Shown here: positions 8,208-19,956 of the stretch, piece by piece
Position numbering within the stretch: position 1 is the stretch's first letter
Layout: each line of letters opens with the position of its first letter
Assembly: GCA_013388455.1 (NCBI GenBank)
Contig: JACAFF010000022.1
Location: forward strand, 41,866 to 105,865
DNA from: Nitrospirota bacterium
Lineage (GTDB): Bacteria > Nitrospirota > Thermodesulfovibrionia > Thermodesulfovibrionales > SM23-35
DNA: 64,000 nucleotides
Direction: 5' to 3'
Notes under the pieces: model-generated
Database searches by the model: none
What the model was told of the DNA's origin: nothing
Seen by the model: the letters and a program-made list of their open reading frames with translations, nothing else
Translations under genes and position numbers: made by a program

Positions 8208-10316
8208 ATGGTAACTCAAGAATCTGTAATCAATTTTTTCAAGGAGACAATAACAAAACCTCTCAGTTTTAGAGAGATTGCTTTTATTCTAAAACTCAGC
8301 AGATCAGAAATACGAGCCCTTAGAAGAATTTTGAATATTTTGGTCCGCGAAGGAGATATTGTTCGAACAAGAAAAGGGCTTTACGGTCTATCTGAGGGAA
8401 TGAACCTTGTAACTGGTTATTTTGAATCTCATAAAGATGGATATGGTTTTGTAATTCTTGAAAAACCGGGAGAGAGGGATATTTTTATCCCAGCCAGGTC
8501 AAAACTCGGGGCATTGAGTAACGACAGAGTGCTTGTTCGCATTGAAAACTGGAAAAAAAGAGAGGGTCAGATAATCAGAATACTCGAAAGGGCTTATACA
8601 AGAATTGCTGGAAAATTTGAGGTTACAAAAACAGGTTTTTATGTTAAACCCAAAGATAAATCTATTCATTTTGATATACATATACCCGACAAAGAAAAAG
8701 GGAATGCCAAAAATGGCGATATGGTAATTGCTGAAATAATCAATTATCCAACAGATAGAAAACCGCTCTCTGGCAGGATTGTGAAAATTCTGGAAAAACC
8801 TGAAAATCCAAAAGCAGATGTAGAGGCTATTATTGATGAGTTCAATCTACCAAGAAGATTTCCTAAAAATGTGCTTGAAGAAGCGGAACTCCTCATTAAA
8901 AATAATCGAAGATTTAAATATGGAGCAGAATTAAAAAGAAAAGACCTGAGACTGCTTCCCACTATGACTATTGATGGCGAACGCGCACGTGACTTTGACG
9001 ATGCTGTTTCTATCGAACTCACCATGCATGGATACAAACTTTACGTCCATATTGCTGACGTTAGTTTCTATGTAGTCTGGAATTCTGCATTAGATTTAGA
9101 AGCAAGGGAAAGAGGAACAAGCATATATTTTCCTGATAGGGTTTTACCAATGCTACCAAAAGAATTATCTGAAGATATTTGCAGTCTAAAACCGAAAGTA
9201 GAACGATTAACCTTCACAATTGAAATGGATTTTGACAGGAATGGGAACAGACTCGATTCAAAATTTTATCCAAGTATTATAGTCAGCAATGAACGAATGA
9301 CTTATACATCTGTCAGAAAAATACTTATTGATAACGATCCTGCTGAACGGAGGAAATACGATTATCTTCTTCACACTTTTGATTTGATGGCAGAACTCTG
9401 TGGCTTGCTCAGAAACAACAGGCTTCAAAGGGGAAGTCTTGATTTTGACCTGCCTGAACCAGAGGTTCTTCTCGATATACAGGGTATGCCAGAGGCTATC
9501 TTAAGAGCTGAACGAAACTTTGCACATATCATGATAGAAGAATTTATGATCGCTGCAAACGAGGCTGTATCAGAATATCTTAAAAGCCTTGAGATTCCAA
9601 TGATATACAGGATTCATGAAGAGCCAGATCCGCTAAAATTTAAGGATATCTTCAAGTTTATTAGATCAATATGGAAATCAAAGCATCCTCTAAAACCAAA
9701 AGATTTTCCTGATATACTTAGAGGGATAAAAGGAAAACCCGAGGAAGAAGTAATACATTATTTAATCTTAAGAAGTCTTAAACAGGCAAGGTATTCACAC
9801 ATTAACATTGGACATTTTGGTCTTGCATCAAAATGCTATACACACTTTACTTCACCAATAAGGCGTTATCCTGATCTTATTGTTCATCGAATTTTACGGG
9901 AGGTGTTAGATAAAAAACATCTTTCGAAAAAACGCATTCAGGATTTAAATAAACTTTTACCTGATATTTCTTTCCAGTCTTCCCGTATGGAACGCCTTGC
10001 AGATAAAGCAGAGAGAGAGGTTATAGAGGCAATGAGAGTATGGCTTATGAAGGATAAGGTTGGAGAAGAATTTGATGCAAAGGTTGTGAGTGTCACTCCC
10101 TATGGATTGAAAGTAAGATTAAAAAAATTTTTTGTTGAAGGATTCCTTCATGTATCATATATGAGTGATGATTTCTATCAATACAATGAGCAATCAATGA
10201 GTCTCGTAGGCAGACACACAAAGCATTCATTTTCTATCGGAAAAGAATTAAGGGTAAGGATTGACAGGGTAGACATGGATGAAAGGGAGATAATACTGGA
10301 TATCTGCTCTTCATAA
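8208..10316 (+). CDS. rnr: ribonuclease R
   Basis: 702 aa; RNB catalytic region (DGERARDFDDAVS, FTSPIRRYPD) and C-terminal S1 domain. Confidence 0.93.
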   Translation: MVTQESVINFFKETITKPLSFREIAFILKLSRSEIRALRRILNILVREGDIVRTRKGLYGLSEGMNLVTGYFESHKDGYGFVILEKPGERDIFIPARSKLGALSNDRVLVRIENWKKREGQIIRILERAYTRIAGKFEVTKTGFYVKPKDKSIHFDIHIPDKEKGNAKNGDMVIAEIINYPTDRKPLSGRIVKILEKPENPKADVEAIIDEFNLPRRFPKNVLEEAELLIKNNRRFKYGAELKRKDLRLLPTMTIDGERARDFDDAVSIELTMHGYKLYVHIADVSFYVVWNSALDLEARERGTSIYFPDRVLPMLPKELSEDICSLKPKVERLTFTIEMDFDRNGNRLDSKFYPSIIVSNERMTYTSVRKILIDNDPAERRKYDYLLHTFDLMAELCGLLRNNRLQRGSLDFDLPEPEVLLDIQGMPEAILRAERNFAHIMIEEFMIAANEAVSEYLKSLEIPMIYRIHEEPDPLKFKDIFKFIRSIWKSKHPLKPKDFPDILRGIKGKPEEEVIHYLILRSLKQARYSHINIGHFGLASKCYTHFTSPIRRYPDLIVHRILREVLDKKHLSKKRIQDLNKLLPDISFQSSRMERLADKAEREVIEAMRVWLMKDKVGEEFDAKVVSVTPYGLKVRLKKFFVEGFLHVSYMSDDFYQYNEQSMSLVGRHTKHSFSIGKELRVRIDRVDMDEREIILDICSS

Positions 10317-10327
10317 AAAAAAGACAT

Positions 10328-11095
10328 ATGGATTTTAAAGAACTCATAGCAATAATGGAAAAACTCAGAAGTGATAAAGGATGTCCATGGGATAAGAAAC
10401 AGACGCGTGAATCCCTGAAACCTTACATAATAGAAGAAGCTTATGAACTTATTGAAGCGATCGAAGAGGATGACCCTGAAAAAATAAAAGAGGAACTTGG
10501 CGACCTTTTGTTTCAAATCGTGTTCCAGTGTCAGTTAGCAAAAGAGAATAAAGAGTTTGAGATGTCTGATGTATTAGAAAAGATAGTGAAAAAAATGGTT
10601 ATAAGGCATCCGCATGTCTTCGGAGATACTGAATGCAAAACTCCCGAAGAGGTTATAAAACAATGGGAGGTTTTAAAAAAACAGGAGGGCAAACTCCGGG
10701 ATTCAATCCTTGAGGGAGTTCCAAAGGCAATGTCTTCTCTTCTGAGGGCATATCGTCTTCAGAAAAGGGCTGCAAAGGTAGGTTTCGATTGGGAAAGGGT
10801 TGAGGATGTCTTAAAGAAAGTTGATGAGGAAATAAACGAACTCAAAAATGCTATAAAATCTGGCAAACAACAAGAAATAGAAGATGAGCTTGGTGACATA
10901 ATTTTTATGCTTGTTAATTTATCAAGATTCATTGGAGTGAATCCTGAAGATGCTCATCGTAAAACTATCACCAAATTCATCCACCGGTTTCGTTATATAG
11001 AGATGAAAGCAGCGGAACAGGGTAGGAAAATCTCAGATATGACACTTGAGGAAATGGATAAATTATGGGACGAGGCAAAAGAAAAAGAAATTTGA
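10328..11095 (+). CDS. mazG: nucleoside triphosphate pyrophosphohydrolase MazG
   Basis: Tandem MazG domains, CPWDKKQT, EE.YE..EAI, ELGD..F motifs. Confidence 0.9.
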   Translation: MDFKELIAIMEKLRSDKGCPWDKKQTRESLKPYIIEEAYELIEAIEEDDPEKIKEELGDLLFQIVFQCQLAKENKEFEMSDVLEKIVKKMVIRHPHVFGDTECKTPEEVIKQWEVLKKQEGKLRDSILEGVPKAMSSLLRAYRLQKRAAKVGFDWERVEDVLKKVDEEINELKNAIKSGKQQEIEDELGDIIFMLVNLSRFIGVNPEDAHRKTITKFIHRFRYIEMKAAEQGRKISDMTLEEMDKLWDEAKEKEI

Positions 11096-11128
11096 CAAAG
11101 TTATTGTTTTCTTTTATTTTTAATCATT

Positions 11129-12007
11129 ATGTTTGATGAAACAAAGGTTTTACAAAGAAATAGAAGATGCTCTCCATACTGGATAAAATCAAAAATTCGT
11201 CTCGGGCAAATTCATGACACAAAAAAGATTTTACGAAAGTATGGTATTAATACAGTCTGTGAAGAGGCGAGGTGCCCTAATATTACTGAATGCTTCACCA
11301 AACCTGCAGCGACATTTATGATACTCGGCTCTAAGTGCACCCGGAACTGTAGTTTCTGCTCTATAAAATCTTCGCCTCCTGAGCCCCCGGATGCTGATGA
11401 ACCGGAAAACATTGGGAAGGCTGCTCAGGAGATAAAGCTCAGATATGTGGTGATTACCTCTGTAACAAGAGATGACCTTCCTGACGGGGGGGCAGGACAT
11501 TTTGCTAAAACAGTATCATCTGTAAAAAATTATCTTCCCGGCGTAAAGGTTGAGGTTCTCACTCCTGATTTTCAGGGCAATATTAATCATCTCAAAACAG
11601 TGCTCGATTCAAACCCTGATGTTTTTAATCATAATATCGAAACCGTGCCTCGACTTTATCCTTCAATCAGGCCTGCTGCGGATTACAGACGTTCTCTTGA
11701 TATACTTAAAGAAGCAAAAAAACAGAAACCACACATACTTACAAAGTCAGGTATTATGCTCGGCCTGGGGGAAACATTGCTTGAGGTTAAAAATGTGCTT
11801 AAGGATCTTAGATATTCTGGGTGTGATTTTATTACAATAGGTCAGTACATGAGACCTTCAAAAGCAAACATTCCTGTTGTTGAGTATATAAAGCCTGAGG
11901 TTTTCGAAAAGCTTCGGCTCGAAGCTATTTCAATCGGTTTTAAATATGCTGCTTCTGCACCTCTCGTCAGGAGTTCAATGAATGCAGAGGAGATGTATAA
12001 TAATTGA
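11129..12007 (+). CDS. lipA: lipoyl synthase
   Basis: CEEARCPN auxiliary cluster motif, CTRNCSFC radical SAM motif, C-terminal RSS. Confidence 0.93.
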   Translation: MFDETKVLQRNRRCSPYWIKSKIRLGQIHDTKKILRKYGINTVCEEARCPNITECFTKPAATFMILGSKCTRNCSFCSIKSSPPEPPDADEPENIGKAAQEIKLRYVVITSVTRDDLPDGGAGHFAKTVSSVKNYLPGVKVEVLTPDFQGNINHLKTVLDSNPDVFNHNIETVPRLYPSIRPAADYRRSLDILKEAKKQKPHILTKSGIMLGLGETLLEVKNVLKDLRYSGCDFITIGQYMRPSKANIPVVEYIKPEVFEKLRLEAISIGFKYAASAPLVRSSMNAEEMYNN

Positions 12008-12023
12008 AATGGAGTAAATAAAT

Positions 12024-13205
12024 ATGTTCGACTTTAACAGAATCAAGAGACTTCCACCTTATGTCTTCAGCATTGTAAATGCGCTGAAAATTGAAGCGAG
12101 ACACCGTGGTGAAGATATTATCGACCTCGGGATGGGAAATCCTGACGGTGCAACCCCTAAACATATAATTGATAAACTTTGCGAAGCTGCACAAAATCCC
12201 AAAAATCACAGGTATTCTGCATCAAAGGGAATTACACAATTAAGGAATGCAATCTGCGAATGGTATGCCAGACGTTATAATGTTATTCTCGACCCGGAAC
12301 TCGAGGCTGTTGTAACAATTGGATCAAAAGAAGGACTTTCACATCTTGTTCTTGCCACTGTAAGTCCAGGAGATGTAGTTCTGACACCGGCTCCTGCATA
12401 TCCAATACATCCTTACAGTGTAATCATAGCTGGTGGTGAAGTGAGAAGCATACCCATCGGGGAAGGAATTGATTTCTTCGAAGAGTTGGAAAAGGCATAC
12501 AAGTCTTCATGGCCAAGGCCAAAAATGCTTATTATAAATTTTCCTCATAATCCAACGACACAGGTTGTGGAGGGTCTTGGTTTCTTTAAAAAAGTAGTTG
12601 ATTTTGCAAAAGAAAATAATCTTATCGTAATACATGACCTTGCATATGCAGATCTTGTATTCGACGGTTATAAGGCACCAAGTTTTTTGCAAGTTCCTGG
12701 CGCTAAGGAAATTGGAGTTGAATTTTTTTCAATGACAAAGAGTTATTCTATGGCAGGTTGGAGAGTAGGCTTTTGTGTCGGTAATCAGGAGATTGTAGGA
12801 GCTCTCACAAAGATAAAGAGTTATCTCGATTATGGAATGTTCCAGCCTATTCAGATTGCGAGTATTATTGCATTGCGTGGGCCACAGGATTGCGTTGAGA
12901 ATATACGAAAAACATATGAATCAAGACGAAATGAACTTATAAAAGGTTTGCACAAAGCTGGGTGGAATGTTGTTCCTCCAAAGGCAACAATGTTTGTATG
13001 GGCAGAGATTCCCGAACCTTTGAAGAAAATGGGATCTCTCGAATTTACAAAGCTACTTATTAGAGAAGCAAAAGTTGCCGTCTCCCCTGGAATCGGATTT
13101 GGAGAAGGAGGTGACAATTTTGTGAGATTTGCGCTTGTTGAAAATGAACACAGGATAAGGCAGGCAACAAAAGGTATTAAACATACCCTGAAGAAATATT
13201 TATGA
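12024..13205 (+). CDS. class I/II PLP-dependent aminotransferase (AlaA/AspC-like)
   Basis: 393 aa; [27 protein letters not shown] (PLP-lysine region). Confidence 0.85.
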   Translation: MFDFNRIKRLPPYVFSIVNALKIEARHRGEDIIDLGMGNPDGATPKHIIDKLCEAAQNPKNHRYSASKGITQLRNAICEWYARRYNVILDPELEAVVTIGSKEGLSHLVLATVSPGDVVLTPAPAYPIHPYSVIIAGGEVRSIPIGEGIDFFEELEKAYKSSWPRPKMLIINFPHNPTTQVVEGLGFFKKVVDFAKENNLIVIHDLAYADLVFDGYKAPSFLQVPGAKEIGVEFFSMTKSYSMAGWRVGFCVGNQEIVGALTKIKSYLDYGMFQPIQIASIIALRGPQDCVENIRKTYESRRNELIKGLHKAGWNVVPPKATMFVWAEIPEPLKKMGSLEFTKLLIREAKVAVSPGIGFGEGGDNFVRFALVENEHRIRQATKGIKHTLKKYL

Positions 13206-13224
13206 CAACTTTTAATAGATTGGA

Positions 13225-14547
13225 GTGTTGATAACGTTGAAAAAAAATATAATCTCTGTTGGAATTATCGGGTTTGGAACAGTAGGTAAAGGCACGGTCC
13301 GTATTCTCCTTGAGAACAGGGATATTCTAAGGGAAAGACTCGGTTTTGATATACAGGTTAAAAGAGTTGCTGTGCGTGATATAAAAAAAGACAGAGGCAT
13401 AAAACTACCAAAAGGTATGATCACAAAAAATGTGCATTCTGTGCTCAATGATCCAGAGATAGACATTGTTGCAGAACTTATAGGTGGGATATCACCGGCA
13501 AAGGACTTTATCCTTACAGCAATAAGAAATGGCAAACATATAGTGACTGCAAACAAAGCGCTTCTGGCAACAGAGGGCAATGAAATATTCAATGCTGCGC
13601 AAAAAGCCGGGATTGAGATCGGGTTTGAAGCATCAGTGGCTGGCGGTATTCCAATTATAAAAGTCATACGTGAAGGTCTTGTTGCAAATAGATTTAAGGC
13701 TATATACGGCATCATAAATGGAACTTCTAATTACATACTCACAAAAATGACAGATGAAAACGTCGAGTTTGAAGATGCACTCAAAGAGGCTCAGGAACTC
13801 GGTTATGCTGAAGCTGATCCAACATTGGACATAGAGGGAATCGATTCTGCACATAAACTTGCCATACTCGCATTTCTTGCTTATGGGTTACCCTTTCATT
13901 TTAAAGATATATATGCCGAGGGAATTTCCAGAATTACACAGGAGGATATAAAATTTGCTTCAGAACTTGGTTATAAAATAAAACTTCTCGCTATTGCAAA
14001 AGACAAGGATAACTTGATAGAACTAAGGGTTCATCCAACGATGATCCCCGAAAATTATCTCATATCAAAAGTGGATGGCTCTTTTAATGCAATATACATA
14101 GAAGGAGATGCCACAGGTTCTACTTTATATTATGGAAGAGGTGCAGGAGACCTCCCAACAGGAGGTGCAGTTGTAAGTGATATAGTTGGGATTGCAAAGG
14201 ATATAAGGAAAAATGTTACAGAAAGATTACCTTTATTAGCCAAGCCAAAAAGGAAAATAAGAATCAAAAAAATGGATGAAGTAACATCAATGTATTACTT
14301 CAGGTTTACTGCACTTGATAAACCCGGTGTGCTTTCAAAAATATCAGGAATTCTCGGAAACAATAATATCAGTATTGCTTCTGTTATACAGAAAGGCAGA
14401 AGAGTTGGTAAGGCCGTTCCACTCGTTGTACTAACTCACGAAGCAAAAGAGAAAAATGTCAGAAAGGCTCTAAAAGAAATAGACCGCCTGCCTGTTGTTA
14501 TGGGTAAAACAGTACTTATCAGGGTTGAGGACAAAGAAACAGGCTAA
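13225..14547 (+). CDS. hom: homoserine dehydrogenase
   Basis: 440 aa; GFGTVG NAD site, TANKALLA, GIINGTSNYIL, C-terminal ACT domain. Start uncertain: GTG at 13225 or TTG at 13237. Confidence 0.9.
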   Translation: MLITLKKNIISVGIIGFGTVGKGTVRILLENRDILRERLGFDIQVKRVAVRDIKKDRGIKLPKGMITKNVHSVLNDPEIDIVAELIGGISPAKDFILTAIRNGKHIVTANKALLATEGNEIFNAAQKAGIEIGFEASVAGGIPIIKVIREGLVANRFKAIYGIINGTSNYILTKMTDENVEFEDALKEAQELGYAEADPTLDIEGIDSAHKLAILAFLAYGLPFHFKDIYAEGISRITQEDIKFASELGYKIKLLAIAKDKDNLIELRVHPTMIPENYLISKVDGSFNAIYIEGDATGSTLYYGRGAGDLPTGGAVVSDIVGIAKDIRKNVTERLPLLAKPKRKIRIKKMDEVTSMYYFRFTALDKPGVLSKISGILGNNNISIASVIQKGRRVGKAVPLVVLTHEAKEKNVRKALKEIDRLPVVMGKTVLIRVEDKETG

Positions 14548-14560
14548 TAAAAAAGCGCTC

Positions 14561-15343
14561 ATGAAATTTAGTGAGGAACAGCACCTCCGTTACCTGCGAC
14601 ATATAATGCTCCCCGAAGTCGGGATAGAAGGGCAGATTAAGATTTCTAATGCAAAGGTCTTCGTAGTTGGTGCTGGGGGACTCGGCTCACCAGTTGGTTA
14701 TTACCTCTCAGCAGCAGGGGTTGGAACCATAGCATTCATTGATAATGACAACGTTGATTTAAGCAATCTCCAGCGACAGATAGCTCACAGCACAAAGACA
14801 CTCGGCAAACCAAAAGTTGATTCTGCAAAAAAGACATTCGAATCTCTCAATCCCGATGTCCATATCGTTGCAATCAGGGACAGATTAACAAAACTGAATG
14901 TCCTTGAGCACATAAAAAATTACGATATTGTAGTAGATTGCAGTGATAACTTTTCTACCCGTTTTCTTGTAAACGACGCTTGCGTTATGTCTAAGAAACC
15001 TCTGGTTACAGGAGCTATTTTCAAGTTCGAAGGCCAGTTGACGGTTGTAGTCCCGGGGGATGGTCCTTGCTACCGGTGTCTTTTCGAAGAACCACCTCCG
15101 CCCGGTGTCCTTCCCGCACCCTCAGAAGTCGGGCTTTTTGGAGCAATCCCGGGCGTTATCGGGACATTGCAGGCAGCAGAGGTCCTTAAACTAATCCTGC
15201 AAATTGGCACTTTACTCAAAGGTGAGCTTCTCATATATAATGCACTCAAACCTTCATTCAGGAAAGTAAAAATCCCGAAAAACCCTAATTGCCCTGTCTG
15301 CAGCGATAAACCAACAATAACTAAGTTGATTGAGTACAGCTAA
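14561..15343 (+). CDS. MoeB/ThiF/HesA-family E1-like adenylyltransferase (candidate sulfur-carrier activator)
   Basis: RYLRHIMLPEVG, GAGGLGSP nucleotide loop, NLQRQ, CYRC and CPVC zinc motifs. ATG at 14561 preferred over the ORF-track 14495, which overlaps hom. Confidence 0.85.
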   Translation: MKFSEEQHLRYLRHIMLPEVGIEGQIKISNAKVFVVGAGGLGSPVGYYLSAAGVGTIAFIDNDNVDLSNLQRQIAHSTKTLGKPKVDSAKKTFESLNPDVHIVAIRDRLTKLNVLEHIKNYDIVVDCSDNFSTRFLVNDACVMSKKPLVTGAIFKFEGQLTVVVPGDGPCYRCLFEEPPPPGVLPAPSEVGLFGAIPGVIGTLQAAEVLKLILQIGTLLKGELLIYNALKPSFRKVKIPKNPNCPVCSDKPTITKLIEYS

Positions 15344-15366
15344 CCCGAAAAATGCATATGTTGTGG
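15341..15366 (+). repeat. partial left end of MITE-like element (copy G)
   Basis: TAACCCGAAAAATGCATATGTTG matches the TTAACCCGAATAATGCAGACATTG ends of copies A, B and E; begins at the moeB-like stop codon. Confidence 0.5.
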
Positions 15367-15377
15367 AATGTGGAATG

Positions 15378-15554
15378 GGGTCGGACTTGTTTATTGCAAT
15401 TTGTCTTTTCATTTAGCATATTTAAAACATTTTCCATATCCGCTTTAAAGGTTTCTCCTTCTTTCAAATATCTGGTGATTACCGATGGGTCTTTTTGAAG
15501 ATAGAATGCTATTTCTTTACTCTTATACCCAAATTCCCTATCTGTAATAAATGC
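15378..15554 (-). pseudogene. C-terminal remnant of an HTH (DnaA-C-like) domain gene, possibly a Y1-transposase-associated family
   Basis: Minus-strand reading frame ...REFGYKSKEIAFYLQKDPSVITRYLKEGETFKADMENVLNMLNEKTNCNKQVRP, preceded by an in-frame stop. Architecture parallels the remnant at 21232-27. Confidence 0.4.
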
Positions 15555-15897
15555 CTAACAGTCCTGTATCTTCTGTTGTAATACATTGTGTAACTCTGGT
15601 TTATACCCTGAAGAATTTTTGGGGGCTGAAGTCGAAGCGTAAGCCTCAGAGATAAAATATGCAACTACACCAAAATATAAAAATAAAGCCATGTTTTTAT
15701 ACTAAGGTAGTTTATTTTGTTTTATAAATTGAGTTATTGCCAGATATGCTATTTTCATAAAATTATTGAGTTGACCCGCCTGAGGAGGGTAAATCCGCCT
15801 CAGGCAAATCAGTTAAATAAATTTTTAAGCAATGCCTAAATTATCTGGGTGAACCTTCTCAGCATTAAACAAATATTTATTCTGATATTTCAAATAG

Positions 15898-18063
<2,166 letters not shown>

Positions 18064-18105
18064 CTATTGTTTTAAACCCAAAGGGTTTCTCATTGAAAAT
18101 TACTA

Positions 18106-18543
18106 TTATTTTTTACATTTTTCACACAGGCCATTAAATACAATTTTAGTATCTATAATTGCCAATTTTTCATATAAATCTTCTGGAATTTCAATGTTAT
18201 CTAAACGCTCATCATAAATATCAATAATTCTATTGCATTTTACGCAATGGAAGTGATTGTGTCGTTTTGTAACGCCATCATACCTTCTTATGTCTTGCAC
18301 TCCTTCTACAAGTTTTGCCACTCCTATTTCCACAAATAATTGAAGCGTTCTATTAACAGTGTCAAAAGAAATATTAGGAAATTTTTGTTTTACTCTCTTA
18401 TATATCTTTGTTACAGAAGGATGGTCATTAAATTTTACTAATTCTTTATATACCTCAACCCGTTGAGGTGTTACCTTTAAATTGTTTTTTTGACACGCTT
18501 CATAAAAAGCTGACAAAAAAGAATCTAACATTTCCTTTTTCAT
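18106..18543 (-). CDS. perR: Fur-family peroxide-responsive repressor (PerR-like)
   Basis: Fur fold with HNHFHCVKC...C..C metal sites; sits 51 nt upstream of katG on the same strand; ATG at 18543 preferred over the TTG at 18579. Confidence 0.8.
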   Translation of the reverse strand: MKKEMLDSFLSAFYEACQKNNLKVTPQRVEVYKELVKFNDHPSVTKIYKRVKQKFPNISFDTVNRTLQLFVEIGVAKLVEGVQDIRRYDGVTKRHNHFHCVKCNRIIDIYDERLDNIEIPEDLYEKLAIIDTKIVFNGLCEKCKK

Positions 18544-18550
18544 AATTAAT

Positions 18551-18579
18551 ATTATATAGTAATAATTCCTATTAATCAA
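18551..18579 (-). promoter_or_regulatory. candidate perR-katG promoter (TTGATT-17-TATAAT) overlapping an AT-rich imperfect palindrome
   Basis: Minus strand reads TTGATTaataggaattattactaTATAATattaattATG, leaving only 7 nt between the -10 and the ATG. Confidence 0.35.
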
Positions 18580-18795
18580 GTGCTATCTAAATCTTTTAAA
18601 ATCTACTTACTTAAAACCAATTCGTTATTTTAATAATTCATAGAAAATATATTGAAAAGTATTACGGAAAATCTTTTCAGAAACCGGAAACTTTCAAGAA
18701 ATAAAAGGTAGCAACAAAGAACTCTTTCAAATTCTTATCAATTTAAGCGGTCGGATTTTAATAGCTATAACGAGAAATAGAATATGATTGTAACA

Positions 18796-19197
18796 TCAAA
18801 ATAAGCTGATATTGCTTTCGCCGCCTCCAATTAATGGGAGTACCTTTTCAACGGTAAAATATACTAAAAATTTTGGACCTTTATTCTTGTCCTCTTCAGG
18901 TGTTAAATTGCGTCTGGTCATTTTAGCTATTAAGGCTGAGTCAGTCTCTTCCTTTACCTTTTTCAAAAACAGCCTTACCCCTCTATAACCTGCATTATTT
19001 TCAATAAATAAAAATGCGGCATATGGATTTGATTGCAAGTTATGATGAGTAAGACGTTCTCTCATTATAAAAGCTAATGTTCCGTCTTCAAAAACATGAG
19101 GGACAGAATAGATTGCTATATCTACCTTGCCTTTTGAATCAGCGGTAGATAAAATACCTATGCCATTTGCGCTTCTGAAATATTCTTTGAGTGTCAT
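18796..19197 (-). CDS. pyridoxamine 5'-phosphate oxidase-family FMN-binding protein
   Basis: About 133 aa split-barrel-like sequence (GILSTADSKGKVDIAIY..., FLFIE...GYRGVRL); start at MTLKEYF. Confidence 0.6.
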   Translation of the reverse strand: MTLKEYFRSANGIGILSTADSKGKVDIAIYSVPHVFEDGTLAFIMRERLTHHNLQSNPYAAFLFIENNAGYRGVRLFLKKVKEETDSALIAKMTRRNLTPEEDKNKGPKFLVYFTVEKVLPLIGGGESNISLF

Positions 19198-19204
19198 GTT
19201 TCTC

Positions 19205-19768
19205 CTATTTTTGCTCAGTTTTAATAAGTTTAGAGGTATCATATTGCTTATCCCTCAAACGAGAGAGAATTGCTTTATATACCTCTGGCTCAATCTCCTT
19301 TGTGCGGCTCAAAATCCAAAGGTATTTCCGACTCGGATGTCCTATAACGGCATATTCATAATTTTTACCCAGATCAATTATCCAATAGTCTCCAGCAAAA
19401 GGCCAGAAAAAAGATACCTTCAACTTGGCATTTGTTTCTTTATCGACTATCCATGCTTTACCTTTTGCAGACCTAATTTTGCCGCTGAAAGATTTGTCAT
19501 AACATTCATTTAGAACAGAGATTTTACCATCATCTCTCAGGGTATACGTTGCCTTACTTCCTACACAACCCTCCTGAAAGATGTGGGGATATCTTGCAAT
19601 CTCATACCATGTTCCTGCATAGCGTGTTAAATCCACATAAGGCACAATCTGTAAAGGCAGATAAGTTTTTTCCTTGGTACCCATGCATCCCATTAAATTC
19701 AGAAACATTGAAGTGATGATTAAAATACAGAATGCTATTAACCTTGATGTAAAATTATATCGATTCAT
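19205..19768 (-). CDS. blc: bacterial lipocalin (Blc-like outer-membrane lipoprotein)
   Basis: Lipobox LMGC; lipocalin motifs GTWYEIARYP, YWIIDL...YEYAVIG.P.R.YLWILSR. Confidence 0.88.
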   Translation of the reverse strand: MNRYNFTSRLIAFCILIITSMFLNLMGCMGTKEKTYLPLQIVPYVDLTRYAGTWYEIARYPHIFQEGCVGSKATYTLRDDGKISVLNECYDKSFSGKIRSAKGKAWIVDKETNAKLKVSFFWPFAGDYWIIDLGKNYEYAVIGHPSRKYLWILSRTKEIEPEVYKAILSRLRDKQYDTSKLIKTEQK

Positions 19769-19956
19769 TTCTCGTCTTTGTTACCAATAACAGAAACTTT
19801 TGCATTTACAGGTCAATGAAACCTGCTTAGATACTTTTCTGATTTTCTTTATAATTCTACCTTCAGACTATAAACCGGACTTCTTGAACGGTTGTTTCAT
19901 TTCTTATTAATTATATATAATATATAAAATAATTTCTCAATTGCAACTTGTGATTT

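Noticed and set aside
13212-13715. 167-aa minus-strand ORF antisense to hom
   Set aside because: Overlaps the conserved NAD-binding region of homoserine dehydrogenase; shadow ORF.
15555-15692. 45-codon minus-strand ORF with a signal-peptide-like start (MALFLYFGVVAYFISEAYA...)
   Set aside because: No RBS; it runs into the in-frame stop preceding the HTH remnant, so it is probably scrambled leftover sequence.
15778-15805. Perfect 8-bp hairpin GCCTGAGG-12 nt-CCTCAGGC downstream of katG as an intrinsic terminator
   Set aside because: There is no U-tract on the katG strand and the loop is long, so I did not call it. It could still be a Rho-independent-like pause site or a repeat fragment.
19127-19513. 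128-aa plus-strand ORF
   Set aside because: Antisense to the blc and PNPOx-like genes, which have clear family motifs.
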